Of a stretch of DNA of 64,000 bases, positions 9,860-19,194 are shown piece after piece. A program made the position numbers and the translations under genes. Under the pieces are notes generated by a model. That model did no database searches, was not told the origin of the DNA, and worked only from the letters and a program-made list of their open reading frames with translations. How positions within the stretch are numbered: the stretch's first letter is position 1; the number at the start of each line of letters is the position of its first letter. The DNA lies in NCBI GenBank assembly GCA_036337105.1, contig JAYZEV010000005.1:3084-67083 (forward strand), written 5' to 3'. Source of the stretch: Pseudomonadota bacterium (GTDB taxonomy: Bacteria; Pseudomonadota; Alphaproteobacteria; Rhodobacterales; Rhodobacteraceae).

Positions 9860-11446
9860 CTAGATATTTCCCATCACTCGTTTTCTGATATTCTCGTTCA
9901 GCAATGCTGATGCAATTATAACGAAACCAAGGAACACACGATAAAAAGATCCATCTATGCCCGGGATGTAAAAAAAAGCTTCTTTGGCCAACCCGAATAT
10001 AAAAGCTCCCGTTATTATACCCAGAATGGTTCCGAACCCACCAGTCATCACAATACCGCCAATTACCGCTGCCGCGATGGCCTCCAATTCTTTCAAATTA
10101 CCTTTCGCTGCGTCAGCCGTATTAACTTCAAAAACTTGGCATGTGGCAAAAATCGTAGCACAGAACGCTGAGAACACAAAAAGTGAGATTTTGACTTTGT
10201 TTGTTGGGACACCATTTGCTTGAGCTGCACTCAAATTTCCACCAGTAGAATAAATCCAATTACCTGCCTGGGTCCGACTGAGAACTATATAGCATGCTAT
10301 AGATAAGATGACCCAAATCATAACGCACGAGTAAAGACCTGGTGCGAATTGATTGCCAAAATTATTAGTATTCCAGTCAATTGGGAAATAAAGCCAATCA
10401 AAAATTGGTTCTAAGATATTTCCGCCAAAAAAATCTGCTATGGGACGAGCTGTTCCCAAAGTATCTATATAAGCCCTTGCAATATCCACATCAGTAATCG
10501 ATCTCGGCGCTACTGGCTCAATTTTAAAGTTTGCTATCTTGTCTTCAATTGTTTTTATCATAAATTCATTTCCAGAAGCCTTAGCATTTATCAGCGCGCT
10601 CTCAAGTGGTTTTACACCCTTCGCTATCAAAATATCAGTTTTCGCATCAGCCACTCGTTGAAATGTATATTCAAGCCTTTCAGTGAGTTTTGCTACAGTG
10701 TCACCTGGCAACTGGTTGACCATTTCTAGCAATTCCGGTTCTGGCAAAGATTTCGCGGCTTCTCGTTCGATTTCACCATGTCCCGGCAAATCTATTATGT
10801 TTTTTATATCGGGAATTTCGGTAACGGTTGTCGCGCCTTTAGACTGATCCGCTCTATGGTTAAATGAACGAAGTGAAACCTCGGTCAACCCTCTTAAGAA
10901 AAATAGACCACCAAGTGTCACGATAAATGATGGCAAACCAGATTTCACAACGATAAAACCTTGTATCCAGCCAAAGCTCAAAGTGAAACATAAAGTAATA
11001 AAAATAGCCAGAATGGGGGAAACATCTGGAATGTGGATCAGTGTATAGAATTCAATGTGGGCGCCACCTTCGAAAGATAAATATGGGATAACAATTGAGA
11101 AGCCCCATCGTAATGTCATAGCCATACAGGCACCCGCAAAACCAATCATGGACCCTATAGATAAATCAAATTCACCCGCTATAATTAGTAGCCCAGCTCC
11201 GAGAGCTATTATTCCTAATTGCGATATAACTCTCAAATTATTTCGAATACCAAGAGCATTGAAACCTTCGCCTGCAAAGGGGTTCCAAGTCGTTTCCGCC
11301 GCTGGAATAGAGAAATACCCCAACATCCCAAAGAGAAGTATCATTACTCCGATTGGGCCAATCTCTGGTCTTGAGAGCATACCCCTCAAAAAACCCTTTG
11401 GCTTGTGCCTATCGGCCTCTTGACGAATTAAATCTGATGATGACAT
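9860..11446 (-). CDS. Ribose/xylose-type ABC transporter permease with a large hydrophilic insertion
   Basis: Multiple TM helices with RbsC/AraH-like conserved parts (GEFDLSIGSM; RTQAGNWIYSTGGNLSAAQANGV). At 528 aa it is longer than the ~320-340 aa usual for this family. Confidence 0.85.
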   Translation of the reverse strand: MSSSDLIRQEADRHKPKGFLRGMLSRPEIGPIGVMILLFGMLGYFSIPAAETTWNPFAGEGFNALGIRNNLRVISQLGIIALGAGLLIIAGEFDLSIGSMIGFAGACMAMTLRWGFSIVIPYLSFEGGAHIEFYTLIHIPDVSPILAIFITLCFTLSFGWIQGFIVVKSGLPSFIVTLGGLFFLRGLTEVSLRSFNHRADQSKGATTVTEIPDIKNIIDLPGHGEIEREAAKSLPEPELLEMVNQLPGDTVAKLTERLEYTFQRVADAKTDILIAKGVKPLESALINAKASGNEFMIKTIEDKIANFKIEPVAPRSITDVDIARAYIDTLGTARPIADFFGGNILEPIFDWLYFPIDWNTNNFGNQFAPGLYSCVMIWVILSIACYIVLSRTQAGNWIYSTGGNLSAAQANGVPTNKVKISLFVFSAFCATIFATCQVFEVNTADAAKGNLKELEAIAAAVIGGIVMTGGFGTILGIITGAFIFGLAKEAFFYIPGIDGSFYRVFLGFVIIASALLNENIRKRVMGNI

Positions 11447-11452
11447 AGCAAT

Positions 11453-11484
11453 AAAAAAATGGATGGCAAAAAGCCATCCATTTT
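11453..11484 (-). terminator. Intrinsic terminator/attenuator hairpin between the binding-protein and permease genes
   Basis: The minus strand reads AAAATGGATGGC-TTTTT-GCCATCCATTTT followed by further Ts. That gives an 8-bp core stem extended by A:U pairs, a 5-nt loop and a U-tract, located 14 nt after the SBP stop. Confidence 0.65.
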
Positions 11485-11497
11485 ACCATTTATTTTA

Positions 11498-12403
11498 TTA
11501 ACGGTCTACGCCTGCCAAAGAGGCAACCGACGACGCATTGCTTTTATCAACGAAGCCTGGACCAGATGGAATATTTGCACCTGGAAGAAGGCCAGCGCCA
11601 TTATTATAAAGGTGTAGTACTATGATTGGCATGTAGCCCTGAAGACGCTGCTGTTGGTCTATTGTGTATTGTACTTTTCCAGCGTTAATCAAATCCATCA
11701 CGGGAGGACTTAAGTCAAAGCAGGAATGGTGAACGCTCATACCAAGCTCATCAATAGCCTGTTGGACACCTACACAGACATGTGGACCCACGGAAAGCAC
11801 CGCATCAACATCTGGATTTGCTTGCAAGCCAGCCGCTGCACGCGTTGGAATAGTTGCTGGATCGTTGGAGCTATCAAAATTTGTCGTTGGGATAGCTTCA
11901 CCGTATCCTCCGCATCTATCTGTCAAGGCGGTATTGTAAGCCTCCTGAATAAAGCAAATTCCTTTGGTAGCTCCTTCTGCCTTGGCTCGCTCTCCAGCTT
12001 TCTGTCCCGCAAGAAATTCAGGCTGACCGACATGCATTAGAGCGCCTAGGGACGCCGAAGATTCAAGTCCAGAATTCATCGTGATCAGAGGGATGCCCGC
12101 AGCCACTGCATCTTTTATAGCTTGGCCTAAGGCGTCGGGATCAGGTAGAGACACAACCATTCCATCGGGTTGCGTAGCAGCTGCCGCAGCGATCGATTTT
12201 GCCATATCAGCCATATCGCCTGAAGGAGTGAATACGTACTCAAATTCAGCACCTATAGCCCTAGCGGCATCCTCTCCTCCCTTTTGAACTACTGGCCAAA
12301 AAGGATCCTTACCCTCACCGTGCGTAACCATCACATAACGTTCGGCATATGCGGCACTGGAAAATATAAACATTGCCGATAATGCAAAAAATAATTTTTT
12401 CAT
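11498..12403 (-). CDS. Sugar ABC transporter periplasmic substrate-binding protein (RbsB-like)
   Basis: Signal peptide (MKKLFFALSAMFIFSSAAYA) followed by a type I periplasmic binding fold of about 280 aa. It is the first gene of the transporter operon. Confidence 0.85.
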   Translation of the reverse strand: MKKLFFALSAMFIFSSAAYAERYVMVTHGEGKDPFWPVVQKGGEDAARAIGAEFEYVFTPSGDMADMAKSIAAAAATQPDGMVVSLPDPDALGQAIKDAVAAGIPLITMNSGLESSASLGALMHVGQPEFLAGQKAGERAKAEGATKGICFIQEAYNTALTDRCGGYGEAIPTTNFDSSNDPATIPTRAAAGLQANPDVDAVLSVGPHVCVGVQQAIDELGMSVHHSCFDLSPPVMDLINAGKVQYTIDQQQRLQGYMPIIVLHLYNNGAGLLPGANIPSGPGFVDKSNASSVASLAGVDR

Positions 12404-12600
12404 AAGATACTCCCAATTTTCTTATAAGTATGTTTAGTATGTTTTGTTTAGCCGCATTTCTTTGCGACGATAATCGTCCACCTTAGAAACGAACTATGAA
12501 CTTGTAAAGGCTTTTTTGGGTCTATTTTTTTCTTAAAGATTAGGGGGATAGGAAAAACTAATTTCTGACATACAAAGAAAATATTAACTTTGTAGCTTTG

Positions 12601-12644
12601 GTCATTTAAATCTACTGTTTGGGCATTTAAATCTACTGAATGAC
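12601..12644. promoter_or_regulatory. Candidate operator: 15-nt direct repeat at 21-bp phasing, bracketed by a 6-bp inverted repeat
   Basis: CATTTAAATCTACTG occurs at 12603-12617 and again at 12624-12638. GTCATT (12601-12606) and AATGAC (12639-12644) flank them. The site lies in the divergent intergenic region between the SBP operon and the MatB-like gene. Confidence 0.4.
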
Positions 12645-12760
12645 AAATTGATGAAACAAAAAAAAACTGCTAGAAGAACGCCATATTAGTTCAACTGTTT
12701 AATCATATAAACTGTTATTTGAAATCATTCGGCTGCATAATAGCTACAGAAGACTAAGAG

Positions 12761-14293
12761 ATGTATATGAACAAAAACTTCTTCAGTTTAATAATCGAAA
12801 ACCTCAGTAACTTTAATCTTCCGTTTATAAAGACCAGTGGACGACGCAGCTATTCTTATCAGGATATGATCCAACTTAGCGGAGCTTATGCCAACGCACT
12901 TACCAAGATGGGGATACGAAAAGGATCTAGGGTTATGGTTCAAACAGAAAAAAAAATAGAATGCGTTTGGCTATACCTTGCGTGTTTGCGGGTAGGCGCA
13001 ATATTTGTAACAATAAATCCATCCTACACAAGATCTGAAACGAAATTTTTTCTGGATGACTCCGATCCCGCATTATTTGTTACTGATAATAATTTGCGTT
13101 ACAGAGAGGTTTTAGATTTTTTAGATCAAGACTCACATACCAAAGCTATATATTTAATTAGACCAAAAGGTCCATGTTTAGAGAAAACGGCCTCAATGTC
13201 AGCAAGTAACTTTAGGAGTTCACACTGTCTTGGAACGGATGTTGCTGCTATACTCTATACCTCTGGCACGACAGGCCGCTCTAAAGGCGCTATGATAACT
13301 CACGAAAACCTTGCATCAAACGCTAGAGCGCTCGCAGAAATTTGGAACTTTACCTCCGAAGACATCCTCTTACATATTTTGCCAATTTACCATACTCATG
13401 GTCTATTTGTTGCCTTCAATACAGTGATGGTAGCGGGAGCCTCAATTTTCTTCGAAGACAGATTCGAGATGAGTCGCATTTTAAAATTGGTTCCAAACAT
13501 CTCTGTGATGATGGGCGTTCCCACGCATTATGCAAGATTAACGCGAGAAAAAAAATTTTCAGCTGACCTTACACGCAAGGTGAGACTTTTTGTCTCCGGA
13601 TCAGCTCCATTGTCATCTGATTTACATAGAAAATTTGAAGAGCAAACACGCCACACTATACTGGAACGTTACGGCATGACCGAGACTAACATGATTACCT
13701 CCAACCCGTACCATGGCCAAAGAAAACCGGGCACCGTAGGATTCCCACTGCCAGACGTTAAAATTCGAGTCACGAGTCTAGAAACAAAGAAAGTAGTGGA
13801 AAACGAAACAGTCGGGCGAGTAGAGGTGCGCGGCCCCAACGTATTTAAAGGATACTGGAATCTTCCCGAGAAAACAAAAATGGATTTCACTGCAGATAAC
13901 TATTTCATCACAGGAGATTTAGGTTTTATAGACTCTGATGGTCATTTAAACCTCTCTGGCCGGAATAAAGACCTCATAATATCGGGCGGTCTCAACGTCT
14001 ACCCCGCAGAAATCGAACAAATCATAGACTCATTGCCGGAGGTATCCGAATCTGCAGTTATCGGCCTGCCTCATCAAGATTATGGAGAAGGCGTAACGGC
14101 TGCTGTAACAATTGAACCAGGCCTAGAATTTAACGAGTATCAAATTAAGAAAAGACTGCGAGAAAAGTTGGCAAGTTTCAAGATTCCAATTAAGATCCTT
14201 CGGCTAGACTCTATGCCAAAAAATGCAATGGGGAAAATAGAGAAGGTCGTTCTCAGAGACTTGTTCAAAAATGAATATTCTACCAACTCTTAA
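12761..14293 (+). CDS. AMP-dependent acyl-CoA synthetase, malonyl-CoA synthetase (MatB)-like
   Basis: AMP-binding motif (YTSGTTGRSKGAM), GYG/TE region (ERYGMTET), and C-terminal KIPIKI...GKIEK. The N-terminal region resembles MatB (GSRVMVQTEKKIECVWLYLACLRVGAIF). Confidence 0.75.
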   Translation: MYMNKNFFSLIIENLSNFNLPFIKTSGRRSYSYQDMIQLSGAYANALTKMGIRKGSRVMVQTEKKIECVWLYLACLRVGAIFVTINPSYTRSETKFFLDDSDPALFVTDNNLRYREVLDFLDQDSHTKAIYLIRPKGPCLEKTASMSASNFRSSHCLGTDVAAILYTSGTTGRSKGAMITHENLASNARALAEIWNFTSEDILLHILPIYHTHGLFVAFNTVMVAGASIFFEDRFEMSRILKLVPNISVMMGVPTHYARLTREKKFSADLTRKVRLFVSGSAPLSSDLHRKFEEQTRHTILERYGMTETNMITSNPYHGQRKPGTVGFPLPDVKIRVTSLETKKVVENETVGRVEVRGPNVFKGYWNLPEKTKMDFTADNYFITGDLGFIDSDGHLNLSGRNKDLIISGGLNVYPAEIEQIIDSLPEVSESAVIGLPHQDYGEGVTAAVTIEPGLEFNEYQIKKRLREKLASFKIPIKILRLDSMPKNAMGKIEKVVLRDLFKNEYSTNS

Positions 14294-14322
14294 ATAAAGG
14301 TGTTTTTTTAGCCAAAGGGCGT

Positions 14323-15231
14323 TTAAATATCGAAAGTCACTTTAAACTCGTTCCATTCTCCGGCGCTCATACCTGACGTCTCCCTCGTTACCTGTTTTCC
14401 AGCCAACATTTTTTTTATACAATCCAATGCAGTCGCCGATAATTGCGCTCCTCCCAAACGATAATCTTCAAAGGCCTGATATGCAGCAGGCACCCAATCA
14501 GAAACTATTTTTACTATTTCTTCCGCATACACTCTTATCTCGTATTGAGCGTGAATATCCGCTCTCAGACGCAGGAAGTGGAAAAGATTATGAAGATTGG
14601 TTTTCCAATACCACTGGGTATATATATTCATTGGAAGATTCATTCTGGCAAGTTCTCGAGCCAATCCTTGTTGTCCATCTTGAGAAAGCATCTTCTGATA
14701 ATGATCGTACGACCGTATACTGTCTGTTTTTAACATGTCTAAAACTCTGCTTGCCTCATCTCCTGTCAAGGTCTCCCCTCGCCCCTGATGGTTATTTTTT
14801 GATTGAGCTGCAAGATTTTCTTTTGATGGAATATAAAACTCCTTATCCAGTATCGAATATCTAGCGGAATATTCATTGATATTTGCAGTGCGGTGCCTGA
14901 TCCACTGTCTTGCAACAAAAACTGGAAGCTTAACATGAAGTTTTATCTCACACATTTCGAATGGCGTAGAATGCCAGTGCCTCATCAGATATCTGATAAG
15001 TCCAGTATCGTCCCTAGATTTTTTCGTACCATGACCATAAGATACTCTGGCCGCTTGAACAATTGCTGAGTCATCTCCCATGTAATCAATTAATCTTACA
15101 AAACCGTGATCGAGGACCTGATAGGGTTTATATAAATGCTTCTCAGCACCATCCACCGTAATGCGCCTAGTCCTATATGACCTACTTCTCTGTTGCGAAA
15201 TTTCCTCTTTCTGTTCATTAGTTAGCGTCAT
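14323..15231 (-). CDS. thyX: FAD-dependent thymidylate synthase
   Basis: ThyX signature [15 protein letters not shown] (RHR-x7-S-x-R-Y) and typical surrounding sequence ([27 protein letters not shown]). Confidence 0.9.
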   Translation of the reverse strand: MTLTNEQKEEISQQRSRSYRTRRITVDGAEKHLYKPYQVLDHGFVRLIDYMGDDSAIVQAARVSYGHGTKKSRDDTGLIRYLMRHWHSTPFEMCEIKLHVKLPVFVARQWIRHRTANINEYSARYSILDKEFYIPSKENLAAQSKNNHQGRGETLTGDEASRVLDMLKTDSIRSYDHYQKMLSQDGQQGLARELARMNLPMNIYTQWYWKTNLHNLFHFLRLRADIHAQYEIRVYAEEIVKIVSDWVPAAYQAFEDYRLGGAQLSATALDCIKKMLAGKQVTRETSGMSAGEWNEFKVTFDI

Positions 15232-15306
15232 ACTTAAACTTTCATGATAGTTTATTAATAAGAATCATTTTTGTTTACAGTTAGTATATGCGGAGGATAG
15301 CATAAG

Positions 15307-15735
15307 ATGAACATTAAATATTTGCATACAATGGTCCGCGTCACAAATATCGAGGACTCCTTGCACTTCTATTGTGAATTGCTTGGTCTCAATGAGATTC
15401 GTCGTTCAGAAAACGAAGCGGGCAAATTTACTCTTATTTTTTTGGCGCCTCGCGGTCAGGAGGAGGCTGCCCTTGAACTAACATTTAATTGGGACGGTGA
15501 AGAGGACTACACCGAAGGCAGAAATTTCGGTCATTTGGCTTATGAAGTTGATGACATTTACGAAATTTGCGAGCGACTACAAAAAAATGGGGTTGTGATT
15601 AACAGACCTCCCCGTGACGGAAGAATGGCTTTCGTTCGTTCTCCTGACAATATTTCAATAGAAATTTTGCAGAGTGGCAATCCTCGTGAGCCCATTGAAC
15701 CATGGAAATCAATGGCAAATACCGGCCATTGGTAA
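15307..15735 (+). CDS. gloA: Lactoylglutathione lyase (glyoxalase I)
   Basis: VOC-fold protein with GloA-like N-terminus (LHTMVRVTNIEDSLHFYCELLGL) and metal-ligand regions (GHLAYEV, ISIEILQ). Confidence 0.85.
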   Translation: MNIKYLHTMVRVTNIEDSLHFYCELLGLNEIRRSENEAGKFTLIFLAPRGQEEAALELTFNWDGEEDYTEGRNFGHLAYEVDDIYEICERLQKNGVVINRPPRDGRMAFVRSPDNISIEILQSGNPREPIEPWKSMANTGHW

Positions 15736-15753
15736 AAAAATATCAATACGCCC

Positions 15754-15783
15754 TTGAAAAAAAATACGAAGTATTCATACTAT
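15754..15783 (+). promoter_or_regulatory. Candidate sigma70-type promoter for the tmRNA precursor
   Basis: TTGAAA (15754-15759), an 18-nt spacer, then TACTAT (15778-15783), just upstream of the GC-rich tmRNA segment. Confidence 0.35.
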
Positions 15784-15794
15784 TAGTGTTTTCT

Positions 15795-16095
15795 TAGTAA
15801 AACTATGGTGATAAACGCGCATGTAATAAACGGATCGGACCCGGGGGCGGTACCCGGCGGCTCCACCAGATAAATGAGGGGCCGAAATAGGATCGACGGA
15901 CGTCAAAAGATGTAAGCTTTCACTCGGCGGGATGGCCACCGATATCGGCGCAAAACGTATAATTGCAAATGACAATTATGCTCCGGTAGCGGTTGCTGCA
16001 TAAGCAGTAACTAAGCCGAAACTTAAGTCCAGTCCGATAGCTCGCACTGGCGGGGTCCGCAGGCACCTGGCAACAGAAGCCTGCACTCGATTTTG
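15795..16095 (+). ncRNA. ssrA: Circularly permuted (two-piece) tmRNA gene; ends approximate
   Basis: The acceptor piece ends ...CCGGG-GGCGGTA-CCCGG-CGGCTCC-ACCA (CCA at 15866-15868). Nine nt later the coding piece starts GGGGCCGAAATAGGATCGACGG (15878-). The acceptor stem GGGGCCG/CGGCTCC contains the G3:U70 alanine identity pair. The tag reading frame GCA AAT GAC AAT TAT GCT CCG GTA GCG GTT GCT GCA TAA (15965-16003) encodes ANDNYAPVAVAA*. Confidence 0.8.
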
Positions 16096-16143
16096 AACGG
16101 CGTTATTTGGCTTTGTATTGAGATGTAAGGGAAGATTTATTGA

Positions 16144-16632
16144 ATGACGAAAAGAATCGAATATGGGAAAATAATGAGGAAGGCAACGCTTGACGCAATA
16201 AGAAAGCTATTATCGGATGTTGCATGCCACGGCCTGCCGGGCGACCATCATTTTTTTATAACCTTCGATATGAATCACCCAAGTTTAGAAATTTCGAACG
16301 GACTTCGCGAGAAGTACCCTGAAGAGATGACAATAGTCCTGCAACATTGGTTTAAGGATTTATCCATCAAGGATGAGTATTTCACGGTCACTCTTAATTT
16401 TTCGAACCAGCTGGAACCTATGAAAATACCTTTTGACGCATTAAAGTCTTTCGTAGACCCTTCAGTAGAATTTATCCTCCGTTTTCAGAATGAAGATGTT
16501 GATGATACATCGCCCACCCAAGTATTTTTATCGGAAAAAGACGAGAAAGACTCAGTCGTTAAGAACGAGGCAAGCTCAGGCGAAATCGTAAATCTTGAAA
16601 GTTTTAGGAAGCCTAAATCACGTAAAGATTAA
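16144..16632 (+). CDS. sspB: ClpXP adaptor SspB, alphaproteobacterial type
   Basis: EYGKIMRKA...LPGDHHFFITFDMNHP...KYPEEMTIVLQHWFKDL...TLNFSNQLEPMKIPFDALKSFVDPSVEF matches the conserved core of alpha-type SspB. An acidic, disordered tail ends in a basic ClpX-binding-like tip. Confidence 0.8.
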   Translation: MTKRIEYGKIMRKATLDAIRKLLSDVACHGLPGDHHFFITFDMNHPSLEISNGLREKYPEEMTIVLQHWFKDLSIKDEYFTVTLNFSNQLEPMKIPFDALKSFVDPSVEFILRFQNEDVDDTSPTQVFLSEKDEKDSVVKNEASSGEIVNLESFRKPKSRKD

Positions 16633-16656
16633 ACCAAAAAATATGTGAGTAATAAA

Positions 16657-18051
16657 ATGAAAGATTACAGGATCGAAGAAGATAGTTTTGGTAAACTAAA
16701 TGTACCTTCAGACAAATATTGGGGCGCCCAAACACAACGATCCTTGATCAACTTCCCAATTGGTTGGGAAAGACAACCGTCGGTAATAATCAAGGCTCTT
16801 GGTATTGTTAAAATGGCTGCTGCTAAAGTCAATATGAAACAAATGAAGCTAGAATCTCGTCTTGGAGAAGCTATTGTCGAGGCAGCAAAGGAAGTTATTT
16901 CCGGAAATTATAGCGATCATTTCCCACTTCATATTTGGCAGACGGGTTCAGGCACACAAACGAATATGAATGCGAACGAGGTCATCAGTAATATTGCAAT
17001 TGAAAAACTAGGAGGGCAGCTAGGAAGCAAAAACCCTATCCACCCTAACGACCACGTGAATATGTCACAAAGCTCTAATGATACATTCCCTACGGCAATG
17101 CATATCGCAATTGCTCTTTTGGCTCATGAAAAAACTCTTCCAAATCTTCAGAAGCTCTATGAGTCCCTAAAATCGAAGGAAAAAGCATTTGAACACATAG
17201 TAAAAATAGGGCGCACGCATACCCAGGATGCAACCCCTATTACATTGGGACAAGAGTTTAGCGGTTATGCTTTTCAAGTAAAAAAAGGAATTGATCGTTT
17301 TTCTTTGGCATTAAATGACATTTATCAGCTTGCTCAGGGAGGTACGGCCGTAGGTACAGGTTTAAACACTAAGGCTGGATTTGACATTGCAGTTGCCAAT
17401 GAGATAGCGGACTATACGGGTATTCCTTTCAAGACAGCTCCAAACAAGTTTGAAGCTTTGGCCAGTCACGACGCAATAGTGCAATTGTCAGGAAGCTTAA
17501 AAACAATTGCTGTTTCTATTTTTAAGATAGCTAATGACCTTAGGTTTTTGGGATCTGGTCCCAGATGTGGTTTAGGTGAAATTACACTTCCTGAAAATGA
17601 ACCTGGCAGTTCAATTATGCCCGGCAAGGTAAACCCAACTCAAGTAGAGGCTATTACAATGGTGTGCGCTCAAGTTATTGGTAATGATGCCGCAATAGCT
17701 TTCGGAGGAAGTCAAGGGCACTTTGAACTCAACGTCTTTAAACCGATGATAGCATATAATACTTTGCAGTCTTTGCAGCTCCTTGCAGACTCAGTGGATG
17801 TTTTTTCTTCGAAATGTATTGATGGTTTGAAACCAAACGAAGAGCGAATTTCAAAATTAATGCGTGAAAGTTTAATGCTTGTAACTGCTTTGGCCCCAAA
17901 AATAGGCTACGATAACGCAGCGCTCGTGGCGAAGACAGCGCATAAAAATGGTACCACTCTTCGCGAGGAAGCGGTTAATTTAGGATTTGTGGACGTGGAA
18001 ACGTTTGAGGAAATTGTAAAGCCTGACGATATGCTAGGTCCTCAAAAATGA
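16657..18051 (+). CDS. fumC: Class II fumarate hydratase
   Basis: [13 protein letters not shown] signature, N-terminus [21 protein letters not shown], length about 464 aa. I prefer ATG 16657 over the GTG at 16645. Confidence 0.95.
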   Translation: MKDYRIEEDSFGKLNVPSDKYWGAQTQRSLINFPIGWERQPSVIIKALGIVKMAAAKVNMKQMKLESRLGEAIVEAAKEVISGNYSDHFPLHIWQTGSGTQTNMNANEVISNIAIEKLGGQLGSKNPIHPNDHVNMSQSSNDTFPTAMHIAIALLAHEKTLPNLQKLYESLKSKEKAFEHIVKIGRTHTQDATPITLGQEFSGYAFQVKKGIDRFSLALNDIYQLAQGGTAVGTGLNTKAGFDIAVANEIADYTGIPFKTAPNKFEALASHDAIVQLSGSLKTIAVSIFKIANDLRFLGSGPRCGLGEITLPENEPGSSIMPGKVNPTQVEAITMVCAQVIGNDAAIAFGGSQGHFELNVFKPMIAYNTLQSLQLLADSVDVFSSKCIDGLKPNEERISKLMRESLMLVTALAPKIGYDNAALVAKTAHKNGTTLREEAVNLGFVDVETFEEIVKPDDMLGPQK

Positions 18052-18085
18052 ACCAATTCGTTAATTTCAATCCCAAGACAATATT

Positions 18086-18322
18086 GTGTTGAATAAAATG
18101 AAACCAAGAAAACAATCTGTCGTCGTAAATGGCCACAAAACCTCAATTTCCTTGGAACCACCATTTTGGGAATATCTAAAGGCTGTAGCGCAAGAAAAAA
18201 AACAATCAGTTGGGCAGCTAGTATCTCAAATTGACTTCGATCGCCATCCGACTACAGGTCTTACTACCTATCTGAGGGTTTTTTGTCTAAGAGAAGCTCA
18301 AAAGTCTCACAAATATAGATAA
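18086..18322 (+). CDS. Ribbon-helix-helix domain protein (RHH_4-like)
   Basis: VVVNGHKTSISLEPPFWEYLKAVAQEKKQSVGQLVSQID...LTTYLRVFCL matches the small RHH protein commonly found in alphaproteobacteria. Confidence 0.6.
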   Translation: MLNKMKPRKQSVVVNGHKTSISLEPPFWEYLKAVAQEKKQSVGQLVSQIDFDRHPTTGLTTYLRVFCLREAQKSHKYR

Positions 18323-18371
18323 AAATATGGAATAACGGTGTGATTTGTATGATTCTCTTGTATTAAAACCG

Positions 18372-19139
18372 CTATCCAAATGTAGATAGAAAAGGTACAT
18401 TTTCTAATAGCCAAAAAGATAAGATTGAAAACCTATCTGAGATAAGCAAAAAACCGATCATGATAAGTAGAACTCCTATCATTTTCTCAGTAATTCTTGC
18501 ATATCTTTTCAATAATCCGATAACACGGGTAGAATTCGCAAAAAACACCCCGGCAAATAGAAAGGGTAACCCTAATCCTAGAGCATAAAAAAACATGAGA
18601 GTAACTCCGTGTTGCAGAGTATTGGATTGCAGAGACATGGAAAGGATTGCGCCGAGTATTGGACCGATACAAGGTGTCCACCCAAATGCGAAAGCTAAAC
18701 CGAGAAAATACGCACTCCAAACCCTTCCTGCCGCCAAGTTCAAGTTTAATCTTAACTCTCTGTTTAAAATTTCGAAATTTATTATTTTGAGAAAATGCAA
18801 CCCAAAGGCTAAAACTATAACACCGGAAACGTACCTTAATTCATTTTGATAATTGATAAAAACTGCGCCAAACGCGAACGCAGCGAAGCCTAACATTATA
18901 AAAACAGTGGACAACCCAAAAACAAAAGCCAATGCGATTAACCCAGTTCCTGAGGAGTTACTTGAATTAAGACTGTTAGGTTTAGATTTCATACCTGCAA
19001 TAGATGTCCCAGCCATAAATGCCAGATATGGGGGAACTATCGGCAAAACACACGGCGATAAAAAACTAAGCGTACCAGCAAAAAACGCAATCACAAGAGA
19101 ACTTAGTATAGATAAATCTGTTAGTTCTTGTCCAAACAT
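18372..19139 (-). CDS. ccdA: Cytochrome c biogenesis thiol:disulfide transporter CcdA (DsbD family)
   Basis: Six-TM protein with the two conserved Cys/Pro motifs (LSFLSPCVLPIVPPYL and FGWTPCIGPILGAIL). Confidence 0.85.
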   Translation of the reverse strand: MFGQELTDLSILSSLVIAFFAGTLSFLSPCVLPIVPPYLAFMAGTSIAGMKSKPNSLNSSNSSGTGLIALAFVFGLSTVFIMLGFAAFAFGAVFINYQNELRYVSGVIVLAFGLHFLKIINFEILNRELRLNLNLAAGRVWSAYFLGLAFAFGWTPCIGPILGAILSMSLQSNTLQHGVTLMFFYALGLGLPFLFAGVFFANSTRVIGLLKRYARITEKMIGVLLIMIGFLLISDRFSILSFWLLENVPFLSTFG

Positions 19140-19194
19140 CGTTTCCCATCACGTAATCTAATACAAAAAAACGCAGTTTTTTTTATTTAACCAC

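Noticed and set aside
15775-15975. 66-aa minus-strand ORF
   Set aside because: It lies entirely within the tmRNA gene. The GC-rich structured RNA creates a chance open frame.
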